A stretch of 64,000 nucleotides of DNA, taken from NCBI GenBank assembly GCA_044368015.1, contig JBIPLF010000003.1, forward strand, positions 8,659 to 72,658. Direction: 5' to 3'. The stretch is from Rickettsiales bacterium. Its GTDB lineage: Bacteria; Pseudomonadota; Alphaproteobacteria; Rickettsiales; RI-342. Positions within the stretch are counted from its first letter, which is position 1, and each line of letters begins with the position of its first letter. The notes below the pieces were generated by a model. It had not been told where the DNA came from. It ran no database searches and saw only the letters and a list, made by a program, of their open reading frames with translations. Below, piece by piece: positions 18,690-26,759 of the stretch. Both the position numbers and the translations under genes were made by a program.

Positions 18690-18929
18690 CTAACCCCACT
18701 CCACGCCAAGCAGTTCTGCCAGCATACGGTAGCCGCTTTCCAGATCAGTGAATTCCTTTTTGCCCTGCGTGAGAAACTGCTCCAGCGCGGGGTAGAACTG
18801 AATTGCCTGATCCACCTCCTTGCTGGAACCTTTACGGTAGGCTTCCAGACGGATCATATCCGCCATGTCTTCATAGGTGGAACCCAGCCCCCGTGCATAA
18901 ACTGGCCCATACATTGGCCAATCACGCAC
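18690..18929 (-). pseudogene. fliI: Relic of the C-terminus of a flagellar/T3SS ATPase (FliI/YscN family)
   Basis: YEDMADMIRLEAYRKGSSKEVDQAIQFYPALEQFLTQGKKE matches the conserved FliI C-terminal helices. No ATPase core lies upstream. Confidence 0.55.
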
Positions 18930-18956
18930 GGGGGATGCCGCACCTCTAGAAAGTTT

Positions 18957-19199
18957 CTAGTGGTGGCTCGGCTCACCTTTCTGGTGCTCCATATGTTCGC
19001 TGCGCTCATCATGTTCTCCGGCTTTCATGCCCTTATGGGTAGGGCACATTTCCTTGCCACCGGCTTTCTTGCAGCACTCATGCTCCTGATTCTCCATGCC
19101 CTTGTGGCAGCAGGGCTTAGAGCCGCACATGTTTCCACCCATGTGGGTACAGCCAGCCGTAAGAACGACCAATGCCAGAGTTGCAAACAGTTTTTTCAT
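18957..19199 (-). CDS. Cys/His/Met-rich small lipoprotein (possible metal-binding)
   Basis: MKKLFATLALVVLTAGC lipobox, then CGSKPCCHKGM...HECCKK...MCPTHKGM. Confidence 0.6.
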   Translation of the reverse strand: MKKLFATLALVVLTAGCTHMGGNMCGSKPCCHKGMENQEHECCKKAGGKEMCPTHKGMKAGEHDERSEHMEHQKGEPSHH

Positions 19200-19341
19200 A
19201 TAAAAATCTCCATGTAGGGGTAAGCGCGCCACGCGCACCGGGGAGAGTGCACCAAAGCCCGGCGACGCGCAAGCAATGAATTCTGCCTCGGGCGTTGACA
19301 GGCGCAGAATTCTCCGCTAACCATGCGCGTCCGTTCCGGAT

Positions 19342-19418
<77 letters not shown>

Positions 19419-19584
19419 TTCCTTCTGTTGTACCGGCATTTTTCCCTCATTTCAGGGGGAAATCATGGCCCACCACAGACGTCCTCACGTCCATTTTGGC
19501 CCTATAGCTATGCCGGGTACGCTGTACGCTTGTGGTCCAACGGTCTCATATGGCTTGCCGAGCCGAAGCTCGCAGAGCGTAGGC

Positions 19585-19633
19585 TGGTGGGGGGAGAGGG
19601 ATTTGAACCCCCGACCAAGGCGTTATGAGCGCC
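19585..19633 (-). other. Orphan 3' portion of a tRNA-Met (CAT) gene, the element-end direct repeat (att)
   Basis: 49 nt run from the anticodon stem to CCA. They are 46/49 identical to the 3' part of the intact tRNA at 33322-33370. Confidence 0.85.
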
Positions 19634-19831
19634 GAAGTCAGAAATCCGAAGCGTTCCTAACACCCCCCATTGATTCCTGAAAACCCTAGCTTTCGTAGTA
19701 TATTAAGGCAAGGCAATTTCCCAAGCACTCCTAAAAATTTCGAGCTTTTTCTGTCTCTCCACCTTATTATGACCTTATTGCGAAGATCGGTTTGCCTGTT
19801 TTGAAGGGGTAAACCTTATTGTGGATGCGAG

Positions 19832-21004
19832 GTGAAAATGGCAGCGGTCAAGCTAACGAAAACCTATGTGGAGAAGCTCCCCTACACCGAAAAGGGGCAG
19901 CAATACTACCAAGACGCGGAGCTAAAAGGCTTCGGAGTGGCGGTGGCAATGCAGTCCAAAACCTACTTTGCCCAGCGCGATATTTTCGGCAAAACAGTGC
20001 GGGTGACCATCGGCAAGCATGGGGTGTTTACCACCGAGGAAGCGCGGGAAGAAGCACGACAACTCCTCGCCCGCATGGCCAAAGGAGAAAACCCAAACAC
20101 CACCAAAAAGGAACTCCTGCAAAAGCGGCTAACCTTTGCCGAGGCGCTGGAGCAATACCGCAAAGGTAGGAAGCAGCTGAGCCAGACCATCCACTACCGC
20201 CTTGACTGCCTGAAAACCATGTACCTCCCCGATTGGCAACTGGTGCAATTGCACGAGATAAGCAAGGAAATGGTCTTTAAGCGCCACCTGAAAATTGGCG
20301 AGAAGCACGGCAAGACGCAAGCCAACACCGTCTTCCAACTGGTGCGTGCGATCTATAATTTCGCTATGCAGGGGCATGACCACCTGCCGCCCAACCCCGT
20401 TACCGCGCTTTCCTCCGCGAAGGCATGGTATAAGGAAACCCGCCGCCGTTCCGTGATTAAGCCCCACCAGATAAAACCATGGTATGACACGGTGATGCTG
20501 CTCGATAACAGCACCATCCGCGACTATTTGCGGCTGTTGCTCTTTACGGGAATGCGGCGCATCGAAGCGATGGAACTGCGCTGGGAAAATGTGGATTTCG
20601 CCGAGCGCATGTTGACCGTACCCCATACCAAAAACACCGAGCCATTGGATTTGCCATTGAGTGATTATGTGTTTGCCCTCTTGCAGGAACGCACAAAGCG
20701 CACCGGCAAAAGCCCGTTTGTGTTTCCGGGTGACGGTAAAACAGGGCATCTGGTGGAGCCAAAAAACAGTGTCAAGAAAATCGCGGAGGATTCAGGCGTT
20801 CCCTTTATGCTGCACGATCTGCGCCGCACCTTTACGACCATTGCCGAGAGTTTGGATATCCCCGCTTATGCCATCAAGGGACTGATCAATCATAAATCGG
20901 GGAGCGACATTACGGCATCCTACATTATTATGACCCCCGACCGCCTCCGCGAACCAATGCAGAAAGTGACAAACAGGATTCTGGAGTTGGCAGCGGTGGG
21001 ATAG
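19832..21004 (+). CDS. int: Tyrosine recombinase/integrase (P4-like, DUF4102 arm-binding N-terminus)
   Basis: N-terminal KLTKTYVEKL...YYQDAELKGFGVAV...TYF, and C-terminal catalytic region with RRIEAMELRW, HDLRRTF and the HKSGSDITASY tyrosine region. Confidence 0.92.
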   Translation: MKMAAVKLTKTYVEKLPYTEKGQQYYQDAELKGFGVAVAMQSKTYFAQRDIFGKTVRVTIGKHGVFTTEEAREEARQLLARMAKGENPNTTKKELLQKRLTFAEALEQYRKGRKQLSQTIHYRLDCLKTMYLPDWQLVQLHEISKEMVFKRHLKIGEKHGKTQANTVFQLVRAIYNFAMQGHDHLPPNPVTALSSAKAWYKETRRRSVIKPHQIKPWYDTVMLLDNSTIRDYLRLLLFTGMRRIEAMELRWENVDFAERMLTVPHTKNTEPLDLPLSDYVFALLQERTKRTGKSPFVFPGDGKTGHLVEPKNSVKKIAEDSGVPFMLHDLRRTFTTIAESLDIPAYAIKGLINHKSGSDITASYIIMTPDRLREPMQKVTNRILELAAVG

Positions 21005-21079
21005 GGGCGCGGCTAAAACAACCTTTAGTTGCAGGCATCCCCTACCCCCCCTTTAACCCTGAGAGAAGGAAAAGGAGCA

Positions 21080-21895
21080 GTGCGTAAGATAGGAAAATGG
21101 GAATACCCGTATAAGGTCTGGCCAGAAGATTTTCTGGATGATCACGTCTATTCTGACGATTTTATTGAGGGCATTGCCAAGAAGTATCATATTTCAGACC
21201 AAATCGCTTTGAAGGAGTGTCTGATCCGCAGTGCCAAATTCTATGTGGGGGATGAAGCCTATTATGGTGATACGGGTAACAGCACGTCAGCACTAAAAGA
21301 TGAAGTCAGAAAAATCAGGAAAGCCTTAGATGATCTGGACAACCGGTTAAGCAGGCTATCGCTGGAGGCATATGAGGCGTATGTAGCTGAGTTTAGCTCT
21401 ACCTACCCAGAGGATTGCGGTACACCTTCTTTTTACTCCGAGAGACGTTTTAATGCAGAGTTTTTTGGAGAAATCAAGCCCTCGCTTGAACAGTTTTACG
21501 GTGGGTATGATGGCTTTGACACGTTTAATGAATCCATCAAATCTCTAAAGGAAATTGGGGAGACATTTCAAGAAGCAAGCGATGAAATACTTAAAAACCT
21601 TGCGTTCCATGCCCCGTTGAAAGATGGATCAGGACATCAAAAAAAGCCCCTTTCCATCTATGTGGAGAGCATGAGTGAATTTTGGCTTTCATGTGGAAAG
21701 GGGCCTATCAAAGTTTCGCGTTATGCAGCCGAAAAGGAAGAAAAAGATAGGAAAGTACTCTACGCTGGTGATTTCCTTGATTTCCTTATGGAATGCCTTG
21801 AGCCTATAAAGTTTCACAACCAAGCTGGTGCTTCTGCAGGAGCTAAATACAAGTTGCGAGGCTCCATCGCAGCCATATTAAAGCCCCGAAAATAA
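21080..21895 (+). CDS. Hypothetical element protein
   Basis: ORF with AAGGAG 5 nt upstream of GTG 21080. No family was recognised. Confidence 0.5.
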   Translation: MRKIGKWEYPYKVWPEDFLDDHVYSDDFIEGIAKKYHISDQIALKECLIRSAKFYVGDEAYYGDTGNSTSALKDEVRKIRKALDDLDNRLSRLSLEAYEAYVAEFSSTYPEDCGTPSFYSERRFNAEFFGEIKPSLEQFYGGYDGFDTFNESIKSLKEIGETFQEASDEILKNLAFHAPLKDGSGHQKKPLSIYVESMSEFWLSCGKGPIKVSRYAAEKEEKDRKVLYAGDFLDFLMECLEPIKFHNQAGASAGAKYKLRGSIAAILKPRK

Positions 21896-22017
21896 ACATC
21901 TTTTTCTTATTTGCACCAATTGTCCTTAAGGGGGATTGTGTGCATGCAACCCTTTGTTATTCCTGAGAAGAAATGGCATCTTTGTATCGTGTTCAACACC
22001 ACAAAGGAGAGCCAAAA

Positions 22018-22236
22018 ATGGAAAAGACACATCTAATTACCTCACAGGATACCCCGCTTCTGAATGAGAAGGAAGCGGCGGAATATCTCAATCTCGCCGT
22101 CAAGACGCTTCAATATTGGCGCGTTGCAGGCGGCGGCCCCGCTTTTATCAAAATGGGGCGGCTGGTTCGGTACGAACTCAGCACACTCACATCTTATATC
22201 GAATCAAATCGCAAGGTTAATACCTGCAACTTCTAA
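22018..22236 (+). CDS. Excisionase/AlpA-type helix-turn-helix DNA-binding protein
   Basis: LLNEKEAAEYLNLAVKTLQYWRVAGGGPAFIKMGRLVRYELSTL is the typical Xis/MerR-like HTH_17 pattern. Confidence 0.75.
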   Translation: MEKTHLITSQDTPLLNEKEAAEYLNLAVKTLQYWRVAGGGPAFIKMGRLVRYELSTLTSYIESNRKVNTCNF

Positions 22237-24788
22237 TGGAGCGCATCATGTCAATATATACCACTTCTACTACCACTCAATCACTCATCGAAGCACTCAA
22301 TCTTTCCAAAGTAGATGGCTATTGCTGTCTTTGGGAGGCGCCCAGTAAAAAGTCTACTTTTCTACATACTTCCGAAACTCAGAAAATTACCCAAACGGCT
22401 CTGGAACTTGCGAAAACGCAGAATATCTACATGCCGATTGCCTTATTTCCTAAGCCGCAAGAGAGGGGGCGCGGTAAGGCAAGCGAAGCCAGCCACTTGA
22501 TCGGATTTTTCGGCGATATTGATACGTTGGAGAAACCTGACCCCAAAGGCCATAAATATGCGCCTGATAAGGAAACGGCTCGCAAGATCATTGAAGAAAT
22601 CCCGTTCGAGCCAACCTATGTGACCGACTCCGGTTATGGTCTGCATGTGCTGTGGTTGTTTCCTGAGCCATTGGAGCTACATGATATGGCGCAACGTGAG
22701 GCGGTTTTCCTGCTCTATAAGCGATTCCAGAAAATGCTGGAGTCCCATTTCGCCGCGCATGATTACGAAGTGGATAAGGTCGGCGATCTGGTGCGGGTTT
22801 TCCGCGTGCCTGGCACTCAGAACCACAAGGGCGAGAAGCCGGTTCCCGTGACGATACTGGAAGCCTATCCTGAGAATCGCGTCACTATCGAAGAGGTGAA
22901 AGCCTATCTTGATGAGCATTACCCTGAACAGCAAAAACCCAAAAAGCAGGGAAAATCCTTTCCCCTTGCGGATGCAGAATTAATCCGTGAAGAATGCGCG
23001 TGGTTTGAGCACTGTATTGAGGATGCAAGTACCCTTTCAGAGCCAGAATGGTACGCGGCATTAAGTATTATCGGGCGCTGCAAAGACGCTGAGAAATTGG
23101 CGCATGACTATAGCTGCGACTATCCCGGTTATAGCGAAGCGGAGACCACAAAGAAGCTAAATCAGGCGATCCTCACGGCGGGACCTCGCACCTGCGAAAA
23201 CATCCGTATGGAATGTGATGGAGAGGAATATTGCGACCAATGCCCGCATTCGGGAAAAATCACCTCACCGATTCAGCTAGGTACCAAAGGCCATGAAGCA
23301 GACAGCATGAAAGACCGACTGCTGGCTACAGCCAAGCAGGTGGAGTTCTGGCACACCAAGAATGATACTGCTTACGGCACGATTGCCCGTGATGGACACC
23401 GGGAGCATATGCTGTTGCAAAGCCCGCGTTTCCGCAAATGGCTAATCCATCAAATGCGCCAAGAGAGCGGTAAAATTCCGAGCAAGCAGGCGGTAGATGA
23501 AGTGGTTGGCGCGCTGGAAGGACAGGCCATGTATGATGGGCCGGAATATGAAGTGTACCAGCGCGTCGCCTACCATCATGACCGCTTGTATATCGACCGT
23601 GGCACCGATGACTGGTCAGTGATAGAGGTGACTCCTGAAGGCTGGAATATCATCGCCGAACCGCCCATCCGCTTCATTCGCTCAGACAGTATGCAGCCGC
23701 TTCCCGAACCCAGCCGCAAGGGTGATGTTACGCTGCTTAAACGCTATATACCATGTGATAGCGAGAGCGAGGATGAATTCAAGCTCATCATCGGCTTCAT
23801 CCTGGGTGTTTTTGCGCCGCAGAAGCCATATCCGCTGGCGGTGCTGACCGGGCTTGCGGGATGTGGAAAAACGACCCGTGCCCGCGTGATTGTCGCCCTT
23901 ACAGACCCGTCATCATCACCACTGGTGGCCGCTCCCAAGGATGATCGTGATATATTCGCGTCTGCTTGCGCCCGCTGGCTGACCACGCTGGATAACGTCA
24001 AGCAGGTGAGCGATAGCATTTCTAATGCGCTTTGCTGTATCTCCACAGGCATTTCCAACTCAGGGCGCATGTACTTCACCAACATGGGCATCTTTGAAAC
24101 TCCTGAATTCGCCCGCCCGATGATGCTGACGGGGATAGAACTGCGTTTACGTCAGGATTTGCGAAGCCGCGCGATTTTCTTCGAGTTCTCCCCGCTGGAA
24201 GCCAAGGACTGCAAAACAGAACACGAGTATTACAAGAGTTTCACTCAGGATGCCCCTACGATTTTCGGCGGCATACTCGATGCTCTCTCCGCTGCGCTTC
24301 GCAACTGGGAGAAAACAGGTGTTGCTTTGCGTGGCGCTGAATTACCCCGCCTTGCGGATCACACGGTATGGGTCAGCGCTGCTGAAGAAGCCTTGGGCTG
24401 GGAGCCGGGAACCTATTGCCGCATTCTCCTCAAGCATCAGCGTGACGGCATGGCCGATAGCGAGATGAACTCGATCTTTGGGCAGATGATGCTGGGCTAT
24501 CTGTCGTCTAAAGCTGATAAAATGAAAGAGCCGCAATTATTCTCTGTGAGTGATTTATATACTGACTTGGTACACTGGATGGAAAATCAAAAAATATCCA
24601 AGGATGAACGCAAATTTATCCCCCGTACTCCAGCCACTTTTTCTAAAAAACTGCGCCGTGCTGTCCAGTCCTTGGCCTATTATGGCGCGGATTTTGAGTT
24701 CGGTGTCACGCAGGAGGGCAACAAGCGGATAATCCGCATCACCCTAAGCAAGGAGTTCATTGAGGAATCACAATACCGCACTTTCTGA
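22236..24788 (+). CDS. Replication protein: AEP-type primase-polymerase fused to a P-loop (SF3/D5-like) NTPase
   Basis: AEP motifs FFGDIDTLE, DSGYGLHVLW and VFRVPGTQNHKG; a Cys cluster CENIRMECDGEEYCDQCPH; Walker A GLAGCGKTT. Confidence 0.8.
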   Translation: MERIMSIYTTSTTTQSLIEALNLSKVDGYCCLWEAPSKKSTFLHTSETQKITQTALELAKTQNIYMPIALFPKPQERGRGKASEASHLIGFFGDIDTLEKPDPKGHKYAPDKETARKIIEEIPFEPTYVTDSGYGLHVLWLFPEPLELHDMAQREAVFLLYKRFQKMLESHFAAHDYEVDKVGDLVRVFRVPGTQNHKGEKPVPVTILEAYPENRVTIEEVKAYLDEHYPEQQKPKKQGKSFPLADAELIREECAWFEHCIEDASTLSEPEWYAALSIIGRCKDAEKLAHDYSCDYPGYSEAETTKKLNQAILTAGPRTCENIRMECDGEEYCDQCPHSGKITSPIQLGTKGHEADSMKDRLLATAKQVEFWHTKNDTAYGTIARDGHREHMLLQSPRFRKWLIHQMRQESGKIPSKQAVDEVVGALEGQAMYDGPEYEVYQRVAYHHDRLYIDRGTDDWSVIEVTPEGWNIIAEPPIRFIRSDSMQPLPEPSRKGDVTLLKRYIPCDSESEDEFKLIIGFILGVFAPQKPYPLAVLTGLAGCGKTTRARVIVALTDPSSSPLVAAPKDDRDIFASACARWLTTLDNVKQVSDSISNALCCISTGISNSGRMYFTNMGIFETPEFARPMMLTGIELRLRQDLRSRAIFFEFSPLEAKDCKTEHEYYKSFTQDAPTIFGGILDALSAALRNWEKTGVALRGAELPRLADHTVWVSAAEEALGWEPGTYCRILLKHQRDGMADSEMNSIFGQMMLGYLSSKADKMKEPQLFSVSDLYTDLVHWMENQKISKDERKFIPRTPATFSKKLRRAVQSLAYYGADFEFGVTQEGNKRIIRITLSKEFIEESQYRTF

Positions 24789-24789
24789 T

Positions 24790-25050
24790 CCGGCGGTGCG
24801 CGGGCGGTAGAGCGGCGGTGGCATGGGGTGCTACCGCCGCGTCTTATTATAGGTGGAGCCTACGTTGCAGCCTGTTGCGGCGGTACGGCGGTAGGTGCGG
24901 CTACCGCCTAATAACCCCGCCCTTATAGCCCGCGCCTATTAGCCCCCGTATTTTACCGCCTAGCCGCCGCGCCGCCGTAACCCGCGCTACAGCTAGCTTC
25001 CGAGGCGGCGGGAACGGCGGGGCTACCGTACCCCTAACCGCCGCGCCGAA
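24790..25050. repeat. Iteron-like array of about 10 GGCGGT(A/G)/(T/C)ACCGCC motifs on both strands, candidate element ori
   Basis: Motifs start at about 24793, 24804, 24814, 24879, 24887 (GGCGGT) and 24834, 24904, 24955, 25038 (ACCGCC), with a shifted GCCGCCGTAAC variant at about 24970. The array lies directly downstream of the primase-helicase gene. Confidence 0.55.
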
Positions 25051-25102
25051 GCGGTCAGACGGTTTTTCTTGCCTTTGCTGTGTGTGCCCGTATCGAATGG
25101 TC

Positions 25103-25441
25103 ATGAGGCACATATCCGAACAGACCAAACGCATCGCGGAACTGAATGACCTGCTACGCCAGACCTTCTGGGGCGGGAAGGTGATGATGACCGATGGTGT
25201 TTTGCAACTTGATGGTCAGACCATTGACCAGATATTTGCGGCAGTGCGTGACTTTGACACCTTCAACGCGGACAATGACCCGCACGGGGAGCATGACTTC
25301 GGGTGCATAACCGTGGCAGGAAACAAGGTGTTCTGGAAGATCGACTATTACGATGCGCGTATGGAGTTTGCGTCTCCAAACCCTGCCGATCCCGATGTTA
25401 CCGAGCGTGTACTAACCATCATGCTGGACGAAGAATACTAA
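25103..25441 (+). CDS. DUF3768 protein
   Basis: DNDPHGEHDFG...FWKIDYYD matches my recollection of the DUF3768 signature. Start uncertain (25082 or 25103). Confidence 0.6.
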   Translation: MRHISEQTKRIAELNDLLRQTFWGGKVMMTDGVLQLDGQTIDQIFAAVRDFDTFNADNDPHGEHDFGCITVAGNKVFWKIDYYDARMEFASPNPADPDVTERVLTIMLDEEY

Positions 25442-25754
25442 GCGGCCTCCCATATAACCCGCGCCATCACTGGCGCTCCTCCTGTCCATTCCTTCCAAGC
25501 CTCACTGGATAGCATTGCTTCTTACGATCCCCCCTTTTCTTAGCCCGATCCCAGCTGACCACTGTACCCTCCCCCCAGCCGCTTCACGGGTCCTTTTGGA
25601 CCAAAAAACTCACGAGGGCGGGCGGTGCGCATAAATGCTCCAGTGCCAGGATTTTCTGGCGAGGGGGAGGAGGAAACGTAAGCCTATGAATTTATAGACT
25701 CTCCCTGTATAGTTTGTCCACAGGTGGTGGATTGAAACTAAAAGCACGCTGAAT

Positions 25755-26759
25755 ATGGACACACAGGCGCTTTCCTTCTTAAAGGATTCTTTAGCGGGTA
25801 CAAAGTACTCGCTAGATAAATATATCGTACAGGCTAATGCTGACTTCACCGTCGCGGGAAAGCATATATCTGGCCACGTCCACTACGTTCCTATTGATAA
25901 AAATACTGGTAAACCCGACACAGCTAATTTCACTCAATACATTATGGGAAAGTTGATTGCTTTCTGTGTGCCTCCTTCTCAGCAGAAGCTAATAAAAGAT
26001 GCCGCTGAAAGTGAAAATGATGCTTCGATGGAGCTAGTACAAGCTGCATCCGAAACCTTAAAAGCGATTAGTGAACGGAAAGATGGTAAAAAGAGTTCTT
26101 CAGGAGAAATTGGAGAATTGATACTTTTTGTGCTTTTAGAGGGTATTCTGTGTGCACCTGCTGTTGCCTCCAAACCTTATCTAAAGATGAACGGGCAGGA
26201 TCAGGTGAAAGGCTGTGACGGCGTACACATTTTGTACGACGGAAACGATGTAGTGATTTACTACGGCGAATCAAAACTATCCCCCGATGTAGATTACTGC
26301 GTTAGCGATTCGGCGAAGTCAATTAAGGCCTACCACGCCAATGGCAACAATAAAAAAAGGCGCGATTTAAGCGTTATTGCTCAGAACATAGATTTGAATA
26401 TTAGTGGCGATTATAAGGAAGCTATAGAAAACGAGCTTCTCTATTACTTAAACCCAGTTAGACGCAAAAAGAAAGAGCGATCTTACAAGGAAATTAACGC
26501 ATGCTTTCTTGGGTTTGACCACGATCTTTACAAGAAATTGGAAACTGTAGATAAGGCCGAAAGAAACCAGTTGCTCCTACAAGAGGTAACCAAAGAATTT
26601 CCCACTATACTCAGCAAAATTGACAAAAGCATAGACAGCACCATTTCTGATTACAATTTTCATTATTTTGTAATGCCCTTTGATAGCGTTAGCGAGATGC
26701 AGACGCTATGTGAAGAGTATCTAAAACCCTTCTCTTTCCATAAAGGAGGGACAACATGA
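25755..26759 (+). CDS. PD-(D/E)xK-type nuclease candidate, DUF1837/HamA-like
   Basis: GEIGELILFVLLE ... CDGVHILYDG ... YYGESKL gives an E / D / ExK arrangement. Its stop overlaps the helicase start (ATGA at 26756-26759). Confidence 0.6.
   Translation: MDTQALSFLKDSLAGTKYSLDKYIVQANADFTVAGKHISGHVHYVPIDKNTGKPDTANFTQYIMGKLIAFCVPPSQQKLIKDAAESENDASMELVQAASETLKAISERKDGKKSSSGEIGELILFVLLEGILCAPAVASKPYLKMNGQDQVKGCDGVHILYDGNDVVIYYGESKLSPDVDYCVSDSAKSIKAYHANGNNKKRRDLSVIAQNIDLNISGDYKEAIENELLYYLNPVRRKKKERSYKEINACFLGFDHDLYKKLETVDKAERNQLLLQEVTKEFPTILSKIDKSIDSTISDYNFHYFVMPFDSVSEMQTLCEEYLKPFSFHKGGTT

Noticed and set aside
24901-25134. 77-aa minus-strand ORF
   Set aside because: It lies within the iteron-like array and its translation is repeat-driven (Arg/Ala/Gly-rich).
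25589-25608. Hairpin GGTCCTTTTGGACC followed by AAAAAA as a terminator
   Set aside because: On the plus strand it lacks a U tract. On the minus strand the T tract precedes the hairpin. It does not fit an intrinsic terminator for either flanking gene.
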